Of a stretch of 32,297 bases of DNA, positions 8,731 through 17,606 are shown in pieces (the stretch's first letter is position 1; each line of letters starts with the position of its first letter). The stretch lies in sequence record SRR20825006_1521; one strand, given 5' to 3'. The translations under genes were made by a program, and so were the position numbers. The notes beneath the pieces were generated by a model. That model saw nothing but the letters and a program-made list of their open reading frames with translations. It was not told where the DNA came from and made no database searches.

Positions 8731-9330
8731 ATGCCAGAATTATCCTATTTGATGGTGCTTGCTGCCGTGGTGCTGACATTGGCTGGCATTCTTGTGTTGC
8801 GGCAGGCCTGGAAGAAAAAAGGCGCGCGCGACAGGCGCCTTGTGGCCACCGGCTGGGCGTTGATCGCCTTTTCTTTTGTGCCGTGGGTTAGCACCAGCAC
8901 GCCAGACTGGGGCAGTGCCGCCGCGCTTTGTGCGCTGATGATGGTTGGGCTTGGTGCCATTGCCTATGCAGCATGGAAGCAGCCTGAAAGCCGCAAGGCC
9001 CAAAAAGCGCGCACTAAAGAGCGTGCCGTGCGTGAAGGCACGGCTGAGAAGCGCCCGCTGGACCTGAAGGCTGGCATGCGGCGCACGCTCACCTTCCTGC
9101 TGGCGGGCCCCATTGCGGGGGTGGCATCGCTTTACCTCACGCTGTTTCTTTATGGTGTGCTGCAACAAAGCAACCCACAGGGGCAGGTGTTTGCCGCGCT
9201 GTTTGCCTTCCCGCTGTTCTGGGCGGTGCTGTCTGTTTTTGCCACCTATGACATGCCAGCCCTACGCCGGGGCGGTATTGTGTGCCTGAGCGGCGTTCTG
9301 GGTGTTGTTGGCACCTATCTGGTATCCTGA
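8731..9330 (+). CDS. Multi-pass membrane protein, probable iron-uptake accessory
   Basis: ATG 8731 after AGGGGG; two hydrophobic halves joined by a basic linker; first gene after the Fur-like promoter, directly before PepSY-TM. Confidence 0.75.
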   Translation: MPELSYLMVLAAVVLTLAGILVLRQAWKKKGARDRRLVATGWALIAFSFVPWVSTSTPDWGSAAALCALMMVGLGAIAYAAWKQPESRKAQKARTKERAVREGTAEKRPLDLKAGMRRTLTFLLAGPIAGVASLYLTLFLYGVLQQSNPQGQVFAALFAFPLFWAVLSVFATYDMPALRRGGIVCLSGVLGVVGTYLVS

Positions 9331-9343
9331 GGAGAAGATGGCC

Positions 9344-10867
9344 ATGGCATCCGATAGTCAAACACAATCACCGGCATCAGCAGGCGTAAAAGCAAACGGC
9401 CAGAAGGGCTTTGTAGCGCAAATGCTTTCAGGCCATTCGGCCGTTGGCCTCGCCGTTGGGGCGCTCATGTATATCATCTGTGTTTCCGGCACGCTGATGG
9501 TGTTTCATGAAGAGTTCCAGCGCTGGGAACAGCCAAACGCGACCGAGTTTGCCGTGGGCGGGGCTGAGCCTGCGGCAGTTGCGCGGGCGGCAGACGCTGC
9601 GCTTGCGCGGGTGGGGGAAACCCCGCACCATTTTTATGTGGGTTTGCCAACCGAGGGCCTGCCGCGCATGAGCGTAGCCTATGACGAAAGCCACGGCTGG
9701 TTCGCGGATGCGGACGGCAACCTGGGCGAGGAAGTGCATCACCCGTGGTCAGAATTCCTTGAAGGTTTGCACTATTACCTGCACCTGCCGAACACGCTGG
9801 GCCTGACGGTGGTGGGCATATTGGGTGCCATGCTGGTGGGGCTCGTGATCTCGGGCGTGCTGGCCCACCCGAAAATCTTCCGCGATGCCTTTGCCATGCG
9901 ACTGAGGGGCAACAAACAGCTGGCGGAAGCTGACCTTCATAACCGGCTGAGCGTTTGGGGCGCGCCGTTTCACTTTGTGGTGGCCGTAACCGGCGCGGCC
10001 ATCGGCTTGGCCTCCGTGCTCTCATACATCGCGGCAGATACCTATCTGGAAGGTGACTTTGAAGCTTTTTATGAGCCTGTTTTTGGCTCTGACCCGCTTG
10101 AGGATGAGACACCCGCGCCGGTGGCCAATATCGCGGCGGCGCTCACCAACCTCAAGGCCGAGGCGGAAGGCGTGGTGCCGTGGTATGTGATGATGCACGA
10201 CCCGGGCACCAAAGGGCAGGGCGCCATCATCCTGGCCGAACACCCCGGTCGCCTGATTTATGGCGAGAATTATTATTTTGATGAGGCTGGCACTATCACC
10301 GGCAAGCTTGGCCATTCAGACGGCCCTGTGGGCCAGCAGATTGTCGCCAGCGCTTACACCGTGCACTTTGGCTCCTTTGGCGGGCTGCCGGTGAAGCTTA
10401 TCTATGGTGTGCTGGGGCTCGCGATCTCTATCGTTTCCGCGACCGGGGTGAACATCTGGCTGATCAAACGGCGGGAGAAGGGGCGGCCTGCGCCGAAGCT
10501 TGAACTTGCGTGGGCGGCCACCATTTGGGGCACGCCGCTTGCGCTTGGCTGTTCCTTCATCGCGGCGGTCTCGGGCATGGTGGATGACGCTTTGATCACG
10601 GCCATTTTCTGGCTGGTGCTTTTGGGGCTTATCAGCCTCTCGCTGCTCGCGAGCGACCGGGCGGCGTTCTCGCGGGGCCTGCGCATGGGGGCGGGCGGGT
10701 TGATTGTGCTTGGCGTTGCCCTCAAGTGGGGTGCCTATTGGGGCGAGGTGACATCACCGGCGGCGGTGTGGGTGAATGTGGCGTTTCTGATGACGGCGGC
10801 GATTTTCATCTGGCAGGGGTGGCCTGCGCGCCGCGCACGAAAAATGGCGCCTTCGGCGGCTGAGTAA
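9344..10867 (+). CDS. PepSY-associated TM-helix protein (FoxB/FsrB-like ferrisiderophore reductase)
   Basis: HSAVGL...SGTLMVF, LHYYLHLP, ISGVLAHPKIFRD, DLHNRLSVWGAPFH, VHFGSFGG motifs; GAGGAG RBS (alternative ATG 9338). Confidence 0.9.
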   Translation: MASDSQTQSPASAGVKANGQKGFVAQMLSGHSAVGLAVGALMYIICVSGTLMVFHEEFQRWEQPNATEFAVGGAEPAAVARAADAALARVGETPHHFYVGLPTEGLPRMSVAYDESHGWFADADGNLGEEVHHPWSEFLEGLHYYLHLPNTLGLTVVGILGAMLVGLVISGVLAHPKIFRDAFAMRLRGNKQLAEADLHNRLSVWGAPFHFVVAVTGAAIGLASVLSYIAADTYLEGDFEAFYEPVFGSDPLEDETPAPVANIAAALTNLKAEAEGVVPWYVMMHDPGTKGQGAIILAEHPGRLIYGENYYFDEAGTITGKLGHSDGPVGQQIVASAYTVHFGSFGGLPVKLIYGVLGLAISIVSATGVNIWLIKRREKGRPAPKLELAWAATIWGTPLALGCSFIAAVSGMVDDALITAIFWLVLLGLISLSLLASDRAAFSRGLRMGAGGLIVLGVALKWGAYWGEVTSPAAVWVNVAFLMTAAIFIWQGWPARRARKMAPSAAE

Positions 10868-10880
10868 GACGGTGGGCAAG

Positions 10881-11012
10881 AGCTAAGTGAGGCGAGCGAG
10901 CTAGTGTGGCGGGCTCTGCCACACTTTACGCCTCACATGCGCCGCAGATGCGCCACACATTCCCGATTTTCGCCCTGGATTCCGCCACAAATTCCGCCAC
11001 ACATGCCACACT
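10881..11012. repeat. Nested hairpin followed by about 6 further degenerate CGCCACA(C/A)AT units between convergent genes
   Basis: GTGAGGCG (10887) pairs with CGCCTCAC (10929); GTGTGGCGG (10904) pairs with CTGCCACAC (10916); related units continue to about 11011. Confidence 0.7.
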
Positions 11013-11034
11013 TTTGCGGTATTATAGTACCGTT

Positions 11035-11802
11035 CTAAGGCTTTTGGGGCGGTTTGGGGAAGAAGGCCGGGGTGCTTTCCATATAGGCTTCATAGCCCGG
11101 GCGGCGCTTCTTCAAACTGCGCTCCAGCATCGGCACGCCGGACCATTTCATCAATATAAAGCTCATGAGAATCGGTGCGAAAATCAGCGTAAGGTCATGA
11201 CCTATAAGCCATATTCCCCACCACACGCAGGCGTCGCCAAAATAATTCGGGTGCCGGGTCAGGGCCCACAGGCCGCTTGTCAGCACCTTGCCTTGGTTTG
11301 CGGGGTCGGCCTTGAAACGCACCAGCTGATGGTCGCCAACAGCTTCAAAATAGAAGCCCGCAGCCCACACCAGAATCCCTGAAACTACCCATAAATCAAT
11401 GGCTTGCGGCGCTTGTGCCAGCAGGCCGATCACCGGTGCGATGATGATGAGAATCAGCGTACCCTGCAGGAAAAACACAATACCAAGCGAATAGAGGTGC
11501 CTGCTCAGCCCTTCGCGTTTGCCGATAATTTTGACGTAGCGGTAATCTTCACCATGCGCCAGATACCGTTTCAAAAGATGGTAAGAAAGCCTTATACCCC
11601 AAAGACTTAGGAGCGTCAGCATCACTGCCTGCGCGGAACCGATATGCGGCAAGCCATGGGCCGCAGCCAGGGCCGTGATGATAAATCCTGTGCCCCAAAA
11701 GGCATCGATAAAACTCACGTGACCCCGAAAAGTGCTGATAATCCAAAGGGTTAATATTGAAATCCCAAGCGCCGCAGCGCCATCCATATATAAAGCCTGC
11801 AT
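11035..11802 (-). CDS. DUF1295 / steroid 5-alpha-reductase-like membrane protein
   Basis: IDAFWG, EDYRY, FEAVGDHQL..FK, GLWALTRHPNYFGD, SGVPMLE; start ATG 11802 with GGAG RBS. Confidence 0.9.
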   Translation of the reverse strand: MQALYMDGAAALGISILTLWIISTFRGHVSFIDAFWGTGFIITALAAAHGLPHIGSAQAVMLTLLSLWGIRLSYHLLKRYLAHGEDYRYVKIIGKREGLSRHLYSLGIVFFLQGTLILIIIAPVIGLLAQAPQAIDLWVVSGILVWAAGFYFEAVGDHQLVRFKADPANQGKVLTSGLWALTRHPNYFGDACVWWGIWLIGHDLTLIFAPILMSFILMKWSGVPMLERSLKKRRPGYEAYMESTPAFFPKPPQKP

Positions 11803-11926
11803 TTGATGTTCTCCACTTCCCTCCTTGTACGAACTAGAGGAAAACTGGATTGTGTCACTCAAATATTTTCGAGAAAATTTGGCGGAAAGCCGTTTGCCGG
11901 GCTATATGGGGCAGGAAAGGATCACC

Positions 11927-12439
11927 ATGGCTGAACAGGCGACAATTATTGATTTCCTTGGCGCGAGCCTGCGGGGGCTCGAGGCTTCCGGGCGACCGCT
12001 ACTGACCCCGAGGGAACAGGACGTGGCGGACGAGATCGCCAGTTCGCTCGATCATGCACTTGAAACCATGGTGTCGGAACTGGAGGCCGTGGCGTCATGC
12101 CAGCAAGAGGAAGACGACACACCGGAGGAAGAACTGCCACCTTTTGAAGCATTTTGCGTTGGCTTGAAAAAGATTGGAGACACTCTAATTCCGCATTTGG
12201 TTGAAGAGTTTCGGATTCTTTGCCACAAGAAGGGCGCACCGGTTCGGCCCTTTGGCTGGATCATCAGGGCGCGCTCGGATGCTTTTGTGGCCTATTTGCT
12301 GCAAGTTGCGCAGGTTCATGGGCTTGCTTTTGATGACAGTCTTGAACGTGTTGGCAAGAACGAACAGATCGTACTCGCACACTTGGGGGCCGACCTGCGC
12401 ATGTTGATGCAGCGGGAGCTAGACAAGCTGGAACGCTGA
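11927..12439 (+). CDS. Hypothetical protein (helical, acidic linker)
   Basis: AAAGGA RBS before ATG 11927; 170 aa; no family recognised. Confidence 0.7.
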   Translation: MAEQATIIDFLGASLRGLEASGRPLLTPREQDVADEIASSLDHALETMVSELEAVASCQQEEDDTPEEELPPFEAFCVGLKKIGDTLIPHLVEEFRILCHKKGAPVRPFGWIIRARSDAFVAYLLQVAQVHGLAFDDSLERVGKNEQIVLAHLGADLRMLMQRELDKLER

Positions 12440-12523
12440 ACGAAAGTTGAAAAGTCGTTCAGCAATCGTTCAGTCTCGTCGCAGTAGGTTTAGGGGGTAA
12501 TTGAGCAAGCCGTGAGAACAAGA

Positions 12524-12997
12524 ATGAAACAAACAGCTTTGTGGCCAACTCTACTTGTAGCGATGATCGCCTTTGGCGGTACGACGAGTGCTGACGATGA
12601 AAAGATGACTAGGTCCGAGAAGCGGATGGCCAGGATCATGGAAGATTATAAGCCGACAGGTAAGGTGAAACACTGTGTTCCGCTTCGTTTCCTGCGCGAT
12701 TCTACCATTGTTGATGACCAGACGATTTTCTTCAAGAGCGTAGGCAAGCGTGCCTATATGAACCGCCTGCCGCATAAATGCTCACGCCTGTTTGCTGAAG
12801 AACGCTTCATGTACTCCACCTCCATCTCCTCACTATGCAAGATGGAGATTATCACGGTGCTGGATAGTTTCGGGCGCCAGTGGGGCAGCTGTGGTCTCGG
12901 CGAATTTGAGGAAATGGAAAAGCTTTCCAAGGCTGAGAAGGCTGAAATAGCCGCTCAAAAAGCTGAAGAAAAACAGCCGGGCGCCGAGTCAAATTAA
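12524..12997 (+). CDS. Exported Cys-containing protein, DUF6491-like
   Basis: Signal peptide; C...IVDDQTIFF...C..L...LC..EII...CGLGEF pattern; alternative GTG start at 12512. Confidence 0.75.
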   Translation: MKQTALWPTLLVAMIAFGGTTSADDEKMTRSEKRMARIMEDYKPTGKVKHCVPLRFLRDSTIVDDQTIFFKSVGKRAYMNRLPHKCSRLFAEERFMYSTSISSLCKMEIITVLDSFGRQWGSCGLGEFEEMEKLSKAEKAEIAAQKAEEKQPGAESN

Positions 12998-13005
12998 GAG
13001 AAAAC

Positions 13006-13039
13006 TCCGCCTACAGCCATTCGGTTAGAGGCGGCTCTT
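13006..13039 (+). terminator. Probable terminator hairpin
   Basis: CCGCCT...AGGCGG imperfect stem just after the stop; weak T tail. Confidence 0.5.
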
Positions 13040-13051
13040 CCCTTCAAGAGT

Positions 13052-13086
13052 GGCATTTTATCGCAGCCGTCCTGCGTTTTGTCGCA
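13052..13086 (+). promoter_or_regulatory. Direct repeat with 21-bp period, candidate LytTR binding site
   Basis: GCATTTTATCGCA (13053) and GCGTTTTGTCGCA (13074), upstream of a gene cluster encoding a LytTR regulator. Confidence 0.55.
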
Positions 13087-13166
13087 TTCATGTTCCGCTA
13101 AAGTGGGAATGGGTTCATACCGCGTTTTGTAACTATATTACAAAGCGACGCGAGGAAACCCAACCC

Positions 13167-16100
13167 ATGAAACTCACAGAGCAGAGCCTGAAGAATCCGG
13201 CCGCTGTCATGGTATTAGCAGCCATGGCAATTGTGCTGGGCGTGGTCATGTTGACCAAGCTGCCAGTGCAACTTTTCCCAGCTATTGAGCGGCCCCAACT
13301 GGCCGTGCAAACCTTCTGGCGTTCCGCCAGCCCTTCCGAAATTGAATCAGAAATCGTTGAACCAATCGAGGAAGTGATGCAGGGCATCCCCGGCATGGAG
13401 GAGATGCGGACATTCTCTAACCCAAGCTTCGGTTTTGTCTCGATGGAGTTTGCGCTTGAGACCGATATGGACCATGCGCTCATTGAGGTGATCAGCCGGC
13501 TGAACCGCCTGCCACCGCTTCCCGCCGATGCCGACCGCCCGCAGGTTTTGATGAATGGGGGTGATCCGTCAGGTGAGACACTCATCTATCTGTTCACCCA
13601 GTTTCAGGAGGGCAGCAGCCTTGCGCAGGATGAGTATGTAACCTTCATTGAAGACGAGGTCGTACCCCAAATCGAATCCGTTCAAGGCGTGTCGCGGGTG
13701 TCTGTTGAGGCCGGTAGTGGCTTTGGTGAACAGTTGCAGATCGAGTTTGATGCAGTGCGCGCCGCTGAACTTGGTATCAGCATCAACTCCATCGCGCGGG
13801 TTATCGGCCGTACGGTTGATAGCTCAGGTGGCTATCTTGAAGTTGGTCGCCGCCGCTACCTGCTGAACTTCCAGGGCCGTTATGATCCATCCGAGCTAAG
13901 CGAGCAAATCCTCGATTGGCGTAACGGCAAGCCGGTAACGCTTGGCGATATCGCTACTGTGCGTGTCGCGCCGCCAGACGCCACCCAAGTTGTGTACCAA
14001 AACGGTAACCCTGCGGTAGGTATGCGTATTGTGCGCAATAGTGGCGCCAATGTGCTCGCAACCATCGACCGTCTGACGGAAAAGCTGGACGAGTTGAACG
14101 CTGGTATGCTGGCGGAACGCGGCATTTCGATCCAAAAGTCTTTTGACCCATCAGTCTTTATCAAACGCGCCATCAACCTTCTCAGCACCAACCTTCTTGT
14201 GGGTGTGCTGCTGGCTGTCGGTGTGCTTTGGTGGTTCCTGCGCCAGATCAGAGCGACACTTCTGATCGCGCTCACCATTCCCGTCTGCCTGTTGACGACG
14301 ATCATTGTGCTCGCGCTCTTTGGTCGAACGGTGAATGTTATCTCGCTCGCAGGCCTCGCATTTGCCACCGGCATGGTACTTGATGCCGCCATTGTGGTGC
14401 TGGAGAATATCGTACGACTGCGAGAGCGCGGTGAAAAGGCCACGATGGCGTCGCTCATTGGGGCCTCACAGGTCTGGGGCGCGCTGCTGGCATCAACCGC
14501 GACCACGGTTGCGATCTTTGTGCCCATACTTTTCCTGAAGGATGTTGAGGGCCAGCTGTTTGCAGATCTTGCCCTCACCATCGCAATCGGGGTTGGTGTG
14601 TCGCTGGTCGTTGCCGTAACCATCCTGCCTGTTGCAGCCGAGCATTGGCTAAAGAAGCTTCCGTCTAATGAAGATGCAGGCAAGCGTGGCCGCGCATTCG
14701 CTGCCAAGCTGATGTGGTTGACCGGCTCACCCCTGCGCCGGGTCGCACTCATTGGTGGCCTGATGTCCGGTGCCGTGCTCCTCAGTTACACCATGCTGCC
14801 AAACCTCAACTACCTGCCACCTGTGAAGCGGGATGCGGTGGACGCCTTTATGATGTTCCCGTCCGGCGCCAATGTTGAGACGATTGAAAATGAGATTGTG
14901 AAGCCGATCGTTGAACGCCTTGAGCCCTACATGAAAGGCGAAAAGGAACCGGCGCTTCGGAACTATTACATCATCACCTTCCCGAACGGGGCGGCGGGTA
15001 CGCTGGGTATTCGCGCGAAAGACCAATCGCAGGTGCAGGAGTTGCAGCGCCTTGTGAATGAAGAGATATTGGTTGGCTTCCCGGATGTGTTTGCCTTTGG
15101 CCAGCAGGGTAACCTGTTTGGTGGTTTTGGCGGCAATGGCTCGGTGCAGATGCACATTCAGTCACGTGATCTGGACGGTTTGCGTGATGTGATCTCAACC
15201 GCTATGCAGTTGGTGCAGGAACACCTGCCGGGTGCACGTGCACAGCCTAACCCTGATCCCAATGTTATCTCGCCTGAGCTGAAAATTCGCCCCAACGATC
15301 GCCGCCTGGCAGAGGTTGGTTTTACCCGCAACGAAGTGGCCAATATTGTCCGGGCACTGGGTGACGGCTTGTGGCTTGGGGAACACTTTGATGGTGAACG
15401 CCGGGTGGACATGATCCTGAAGTCGCAAGATTGGGCCGAACCTGAGATGCTGGAAAGCGTGCCGGTTGCGACTCCGCGTGGCGGTACTGTCGTTCTGGGT
15501 GACCTTGTTCAGATTGAGCGCGGTGTTGGCCCAACCTTTGTACAGCGGGTTGACCGCAAACGTACGGTAACGCTTAACATCAACCAGCCGGACGACATGG
15601 CGCTTGAAGACATGGTCGCCATTTTGAAAGAGAAGGTGGAACCACAACTCAAGCCGATGATGCCAGCGGATGGCCTGATCTCATATGGCGGCAGCGCTGA
15701 TGCGCTTGACCGCGCCGTGGGCTCACTTTCCGTGAACTTCATTCTGGCACTTGGGCTGTTGTTCATGATCCTTGCGGCGCTCTTCCGCTCCCCACGGGAT
15801 GCAATGTTTGTGGTTATTACCATTCCGCTTGCGACAGTTGGCGGTGTGCTTGCACTCCAGATTCTCAATCTGGTTTCCTTTGCACCGCTTGACCTGCTTA
15901 CCATGATTGGTTTCATCATCCTGCTTGGTTTGGTGGTAAACAACGCCATCTTGCTTGTTGCGCAAACCCGTGCAGGGGAGGCCGAGGGACTGACGCGGGA
16001 TGAAGCTGTGGAGCGGGCACTTGCGCTTCGTATGCGGCCCATCTTCATGAGCACGCTCACGTCCATAATGGGTATGTTGCCGCTTGTTCTGTTCCCCGGT

Positions 16101-16271
16101 GCAGGGAGTGAAATCTACCGCGGCATGGCGGCGTGTATCGTTGGCGGCATGTCGGTTTCCACAATCTTTACGTTGGTGTTGCTGCCGTCGCTTCTGCGGT
16201 TCAAAGAGGCTGGCCTGATAGCCGCCGCCTTTGCCCGGTTGCGTCGCCGCCGCCTGCACCCAGCTGAATAA
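13167..16271 (+). CDS. RND efflux permease (AcrB/AcrD/AcrF family)
   Basis: LPVQLFP, NVISLAGLAFATGMVLDAAIVVLENI, GLVVNNAILLV, RMRPIFMSTLT; 1034 aa from ATG 13167 with GAGG RBS. Confidence 0.95.
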   Translation: MKLTEQSLKNPAAVMVLAAMAIVLGVVMLTKLPVQLFPAIERPQLAVQTFWRSASPSEIESEIVEPIEEVMQGIPGMEEMRTFSNPSFGFVSMEFALETDMDHALIEVISRLNRLPPLPADADRPQVLMNGGDPSGETLIYLFTQFQEGSSLAQDEYVTFIEDEVVPQIESVQGVSRVSVEAGSGFGEQLQIEFDAVRAAELGISINSIARVIGRTVDSSGGYLEVGRRRYLLNFQGRYDPSELSEQILDWRNGKPVTLGDIATVRVAPPDATQVVYQNGNPAVGMRIVRNSGANVLATIDRLTEKLDELNAGMLAERGISIQKSFDPSVFIKRAINLLSTNLLVGVLLAVGVLWWFLRQIRATLLIALTIPVCLLTTIIVLALFGRTVNVISLAGLAFATGMVLDAAIVVLENIVRLRERGEKATMASLIGASQVWGALLASTATTVAIFVPILFLKDVEGQLFADLALTIAIGVGVSLVVAVTILPVAAEHWLKKLPSNEDAGKRGRAFAAKLMWLTGSPLRRVALIGGLMSGAVLLSYTMLPNLNYLPPVKRDAVDAFMMFPSGANVETIENEIVKPIVERLEPYMKGEKEPALRNYYIITFPNGAAGTLGIRAKDQSQVQELQRLVNEEILVGFPDVFAFGQQGNLFGGFGGNGSVQMHIQSRDLDGLRDVISTAMQLVQEHLPGARAQPNPDPNVISPELKIRPNDRRLAEVGFTRNEVANIVRALGDGLWLGEHFDGERRVDMILKSQDWAEPEMLESVPVATPRGGTVVLGDLVQIERGVGPTFVQRVDRKRTVTLNINQPDDMALEDMVAILKEKVEPQLKPMMPADGLISYGGSADALDRAVGSLSVNFILALGLLFMILAALFRSPRDAMFVVITIPLATVGGVLALQILNLVSFAPLDLLTMIGFIILLGLVVNNAILLVAQTRAGEAEGLTRDEAVERALALRMRPIFMSTLTSIMGMLPLVLFPGAGSEIYRGMAACIVGGMSVSTIFTLVLLPSLLRFKEAGLIAAAFARLRRRRLHPAE

Positions 16272-16294
16272 TATATAAAAAGCGAGGAAGTATC

Positions 16295-17407
16295 ATGTTT
16301 TCAAAAATATCTGATAAGGGCTTGCGCCCACGAGGATTGCTAAAATCGGCACTGGTTGGCCTGGCGCTTGGGGTGGGTGTAATGCCTGCCCAGGCCCAGC
16401 AGCAGGAACAGCCACCGGCGCTTGTTGAAATAGCTGAGGCAAACGCGGAGATGATGGCGCCTCAAGCTTATATGCCGGGCACTGTCATCAGCCGTAACGA
16501 TAGCCGCATTTCCGCCGAGATCGCGGGCCGTGTGGTTTGGGTGGCCCCGGAAGGTACTTTCCTCAAGGAAGGTGAGGTGGTTGCCGAGATTGACGACCGC
16601 AACCCGAAGCTCGCGCTTGCGCGTAGCAAAAGCCAGATCAAACGACTTGAAGCCCGCATCAGCTACCTGAGGTCTGACCTCAAACGTGTGCGGGAGCTGG
16701 CCGCCAACAATAACGTGCCGCCCAGCCGCCTTGAAGAAGCAGAAAGCACACTGTTGATGACCGAAGAAGAGCTTTCGCAGGCCCGTGTTGCGGCAGAGCA
16801 GGCAGAAGTTGACCTGGACCGCACAAAAGTGCGCGCGCCATTCCCTGGCAGGGTGGTGGAGCGGCTGGCACAGGCTGGTGAATACTCATCACCCGGTCGC
16901 CAGATCGCACGTCTTGTAGACACTGAACACCTTGAGGTCAGCGCGCAAGCACCGGTTACACTTTCACGCATGCTGGCTGATGGCCAGTCTGTTGTGCTTA
17001 AGCGTGACGCCGAGGTTATCGATACCAACATACGTGCCATTGTACCGGTGGGTGATGCCCTCAGCCGTACAATGGAAATTCGGGTCACGGTGCCGTCTGG
17101 TGGTCACTACGTTGTTGGTGGTGCCGTGCAGATTGGTGTGCCAGCAAGTGCGCCAAAGCAGGTGGTTTCTGTGCCGCGTGATGCGCTGGTGCTGAGGAAT
17201 GACGGCACCTATGTTTTCCGCGTGAAGGAAGATAATACAGCAGAGCGCATGCTGGTAACCACCGGTGCTGCAACCGGAGGCCGTGTGGCGATCGTGGGTG
17301 GTATTGAAAGTGGTGACCGTGTTGTTGTGCGGGGTGGCGAGCGTTTGAGGCCTGGCCAAGCCGTACAACTCCGTGATGGTGAGACCCAAACGGCGAGCAG
17401 CCGTTAG
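16295..17407 (+). CDS. RND periplasmic adaptor (membrane fusion protein)
   Basis: ISAEIAGRV lipoyl half, alpha-hairpin, VRAPFPGRV, VPRDAL, GDRVVVRGGERLRPG; GAGG RBS. Confidence 0.95.
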   Translation: MFSKISDKGLRPRGLLKSALVGLALGVGVMPAQAQQQEQPPALVEIAEANAEMMAPQAYMPGTVISRNDSRISAEIAGRVVWVAPEGTFLKEGEVVAEIDDRNPKLALARSKSQIKRLEARISYLRSDLKRVRELAANNNVPPSRLEEAESTLLMTEEELSQARVAAEQAEVDLDRTKVRAPFPGRVVERLAQAGEYSSPGRQIARLVDTEHLEVSAQAPVTLSRMLADGQSVVLKRDAEVIDTNIRAIVPVGDALSRTMEIRVTVPSGGHYVVGGAVQIGVPASAPKQVVSVPRDALVLRNDGTYVFRVKEDNTAERMLVTTGAATGGRVAIVGGIESGDRVVVRGGERLRPGQAVQLRDGETQTASSR

Positions 17408-17606
17408 GTCGCGCTGGTGCTGTTTCGAGTATTCGATGGCGAAAGAGACCAAAAACACTGTTGGCGATAGCCGCGTCCCGGCCCATAATGCCCGCGCGCA
17501 GGAGGCTTCTTTTGAAGTTCCCGCGCGCGGTTTTCTTGATGGCGACCTTGCGGGTGCTAAAGAAAACCGTGTCGGTGTTGGGGTAACTCGGGGGAATCTG
17601 TCGCCT

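Noticed and set aside
10881..11012. CRISPR array or iteron origin
   Set aside because: Units are 9-12 bp and degenerate with no unique spacers; no cas or rep gene
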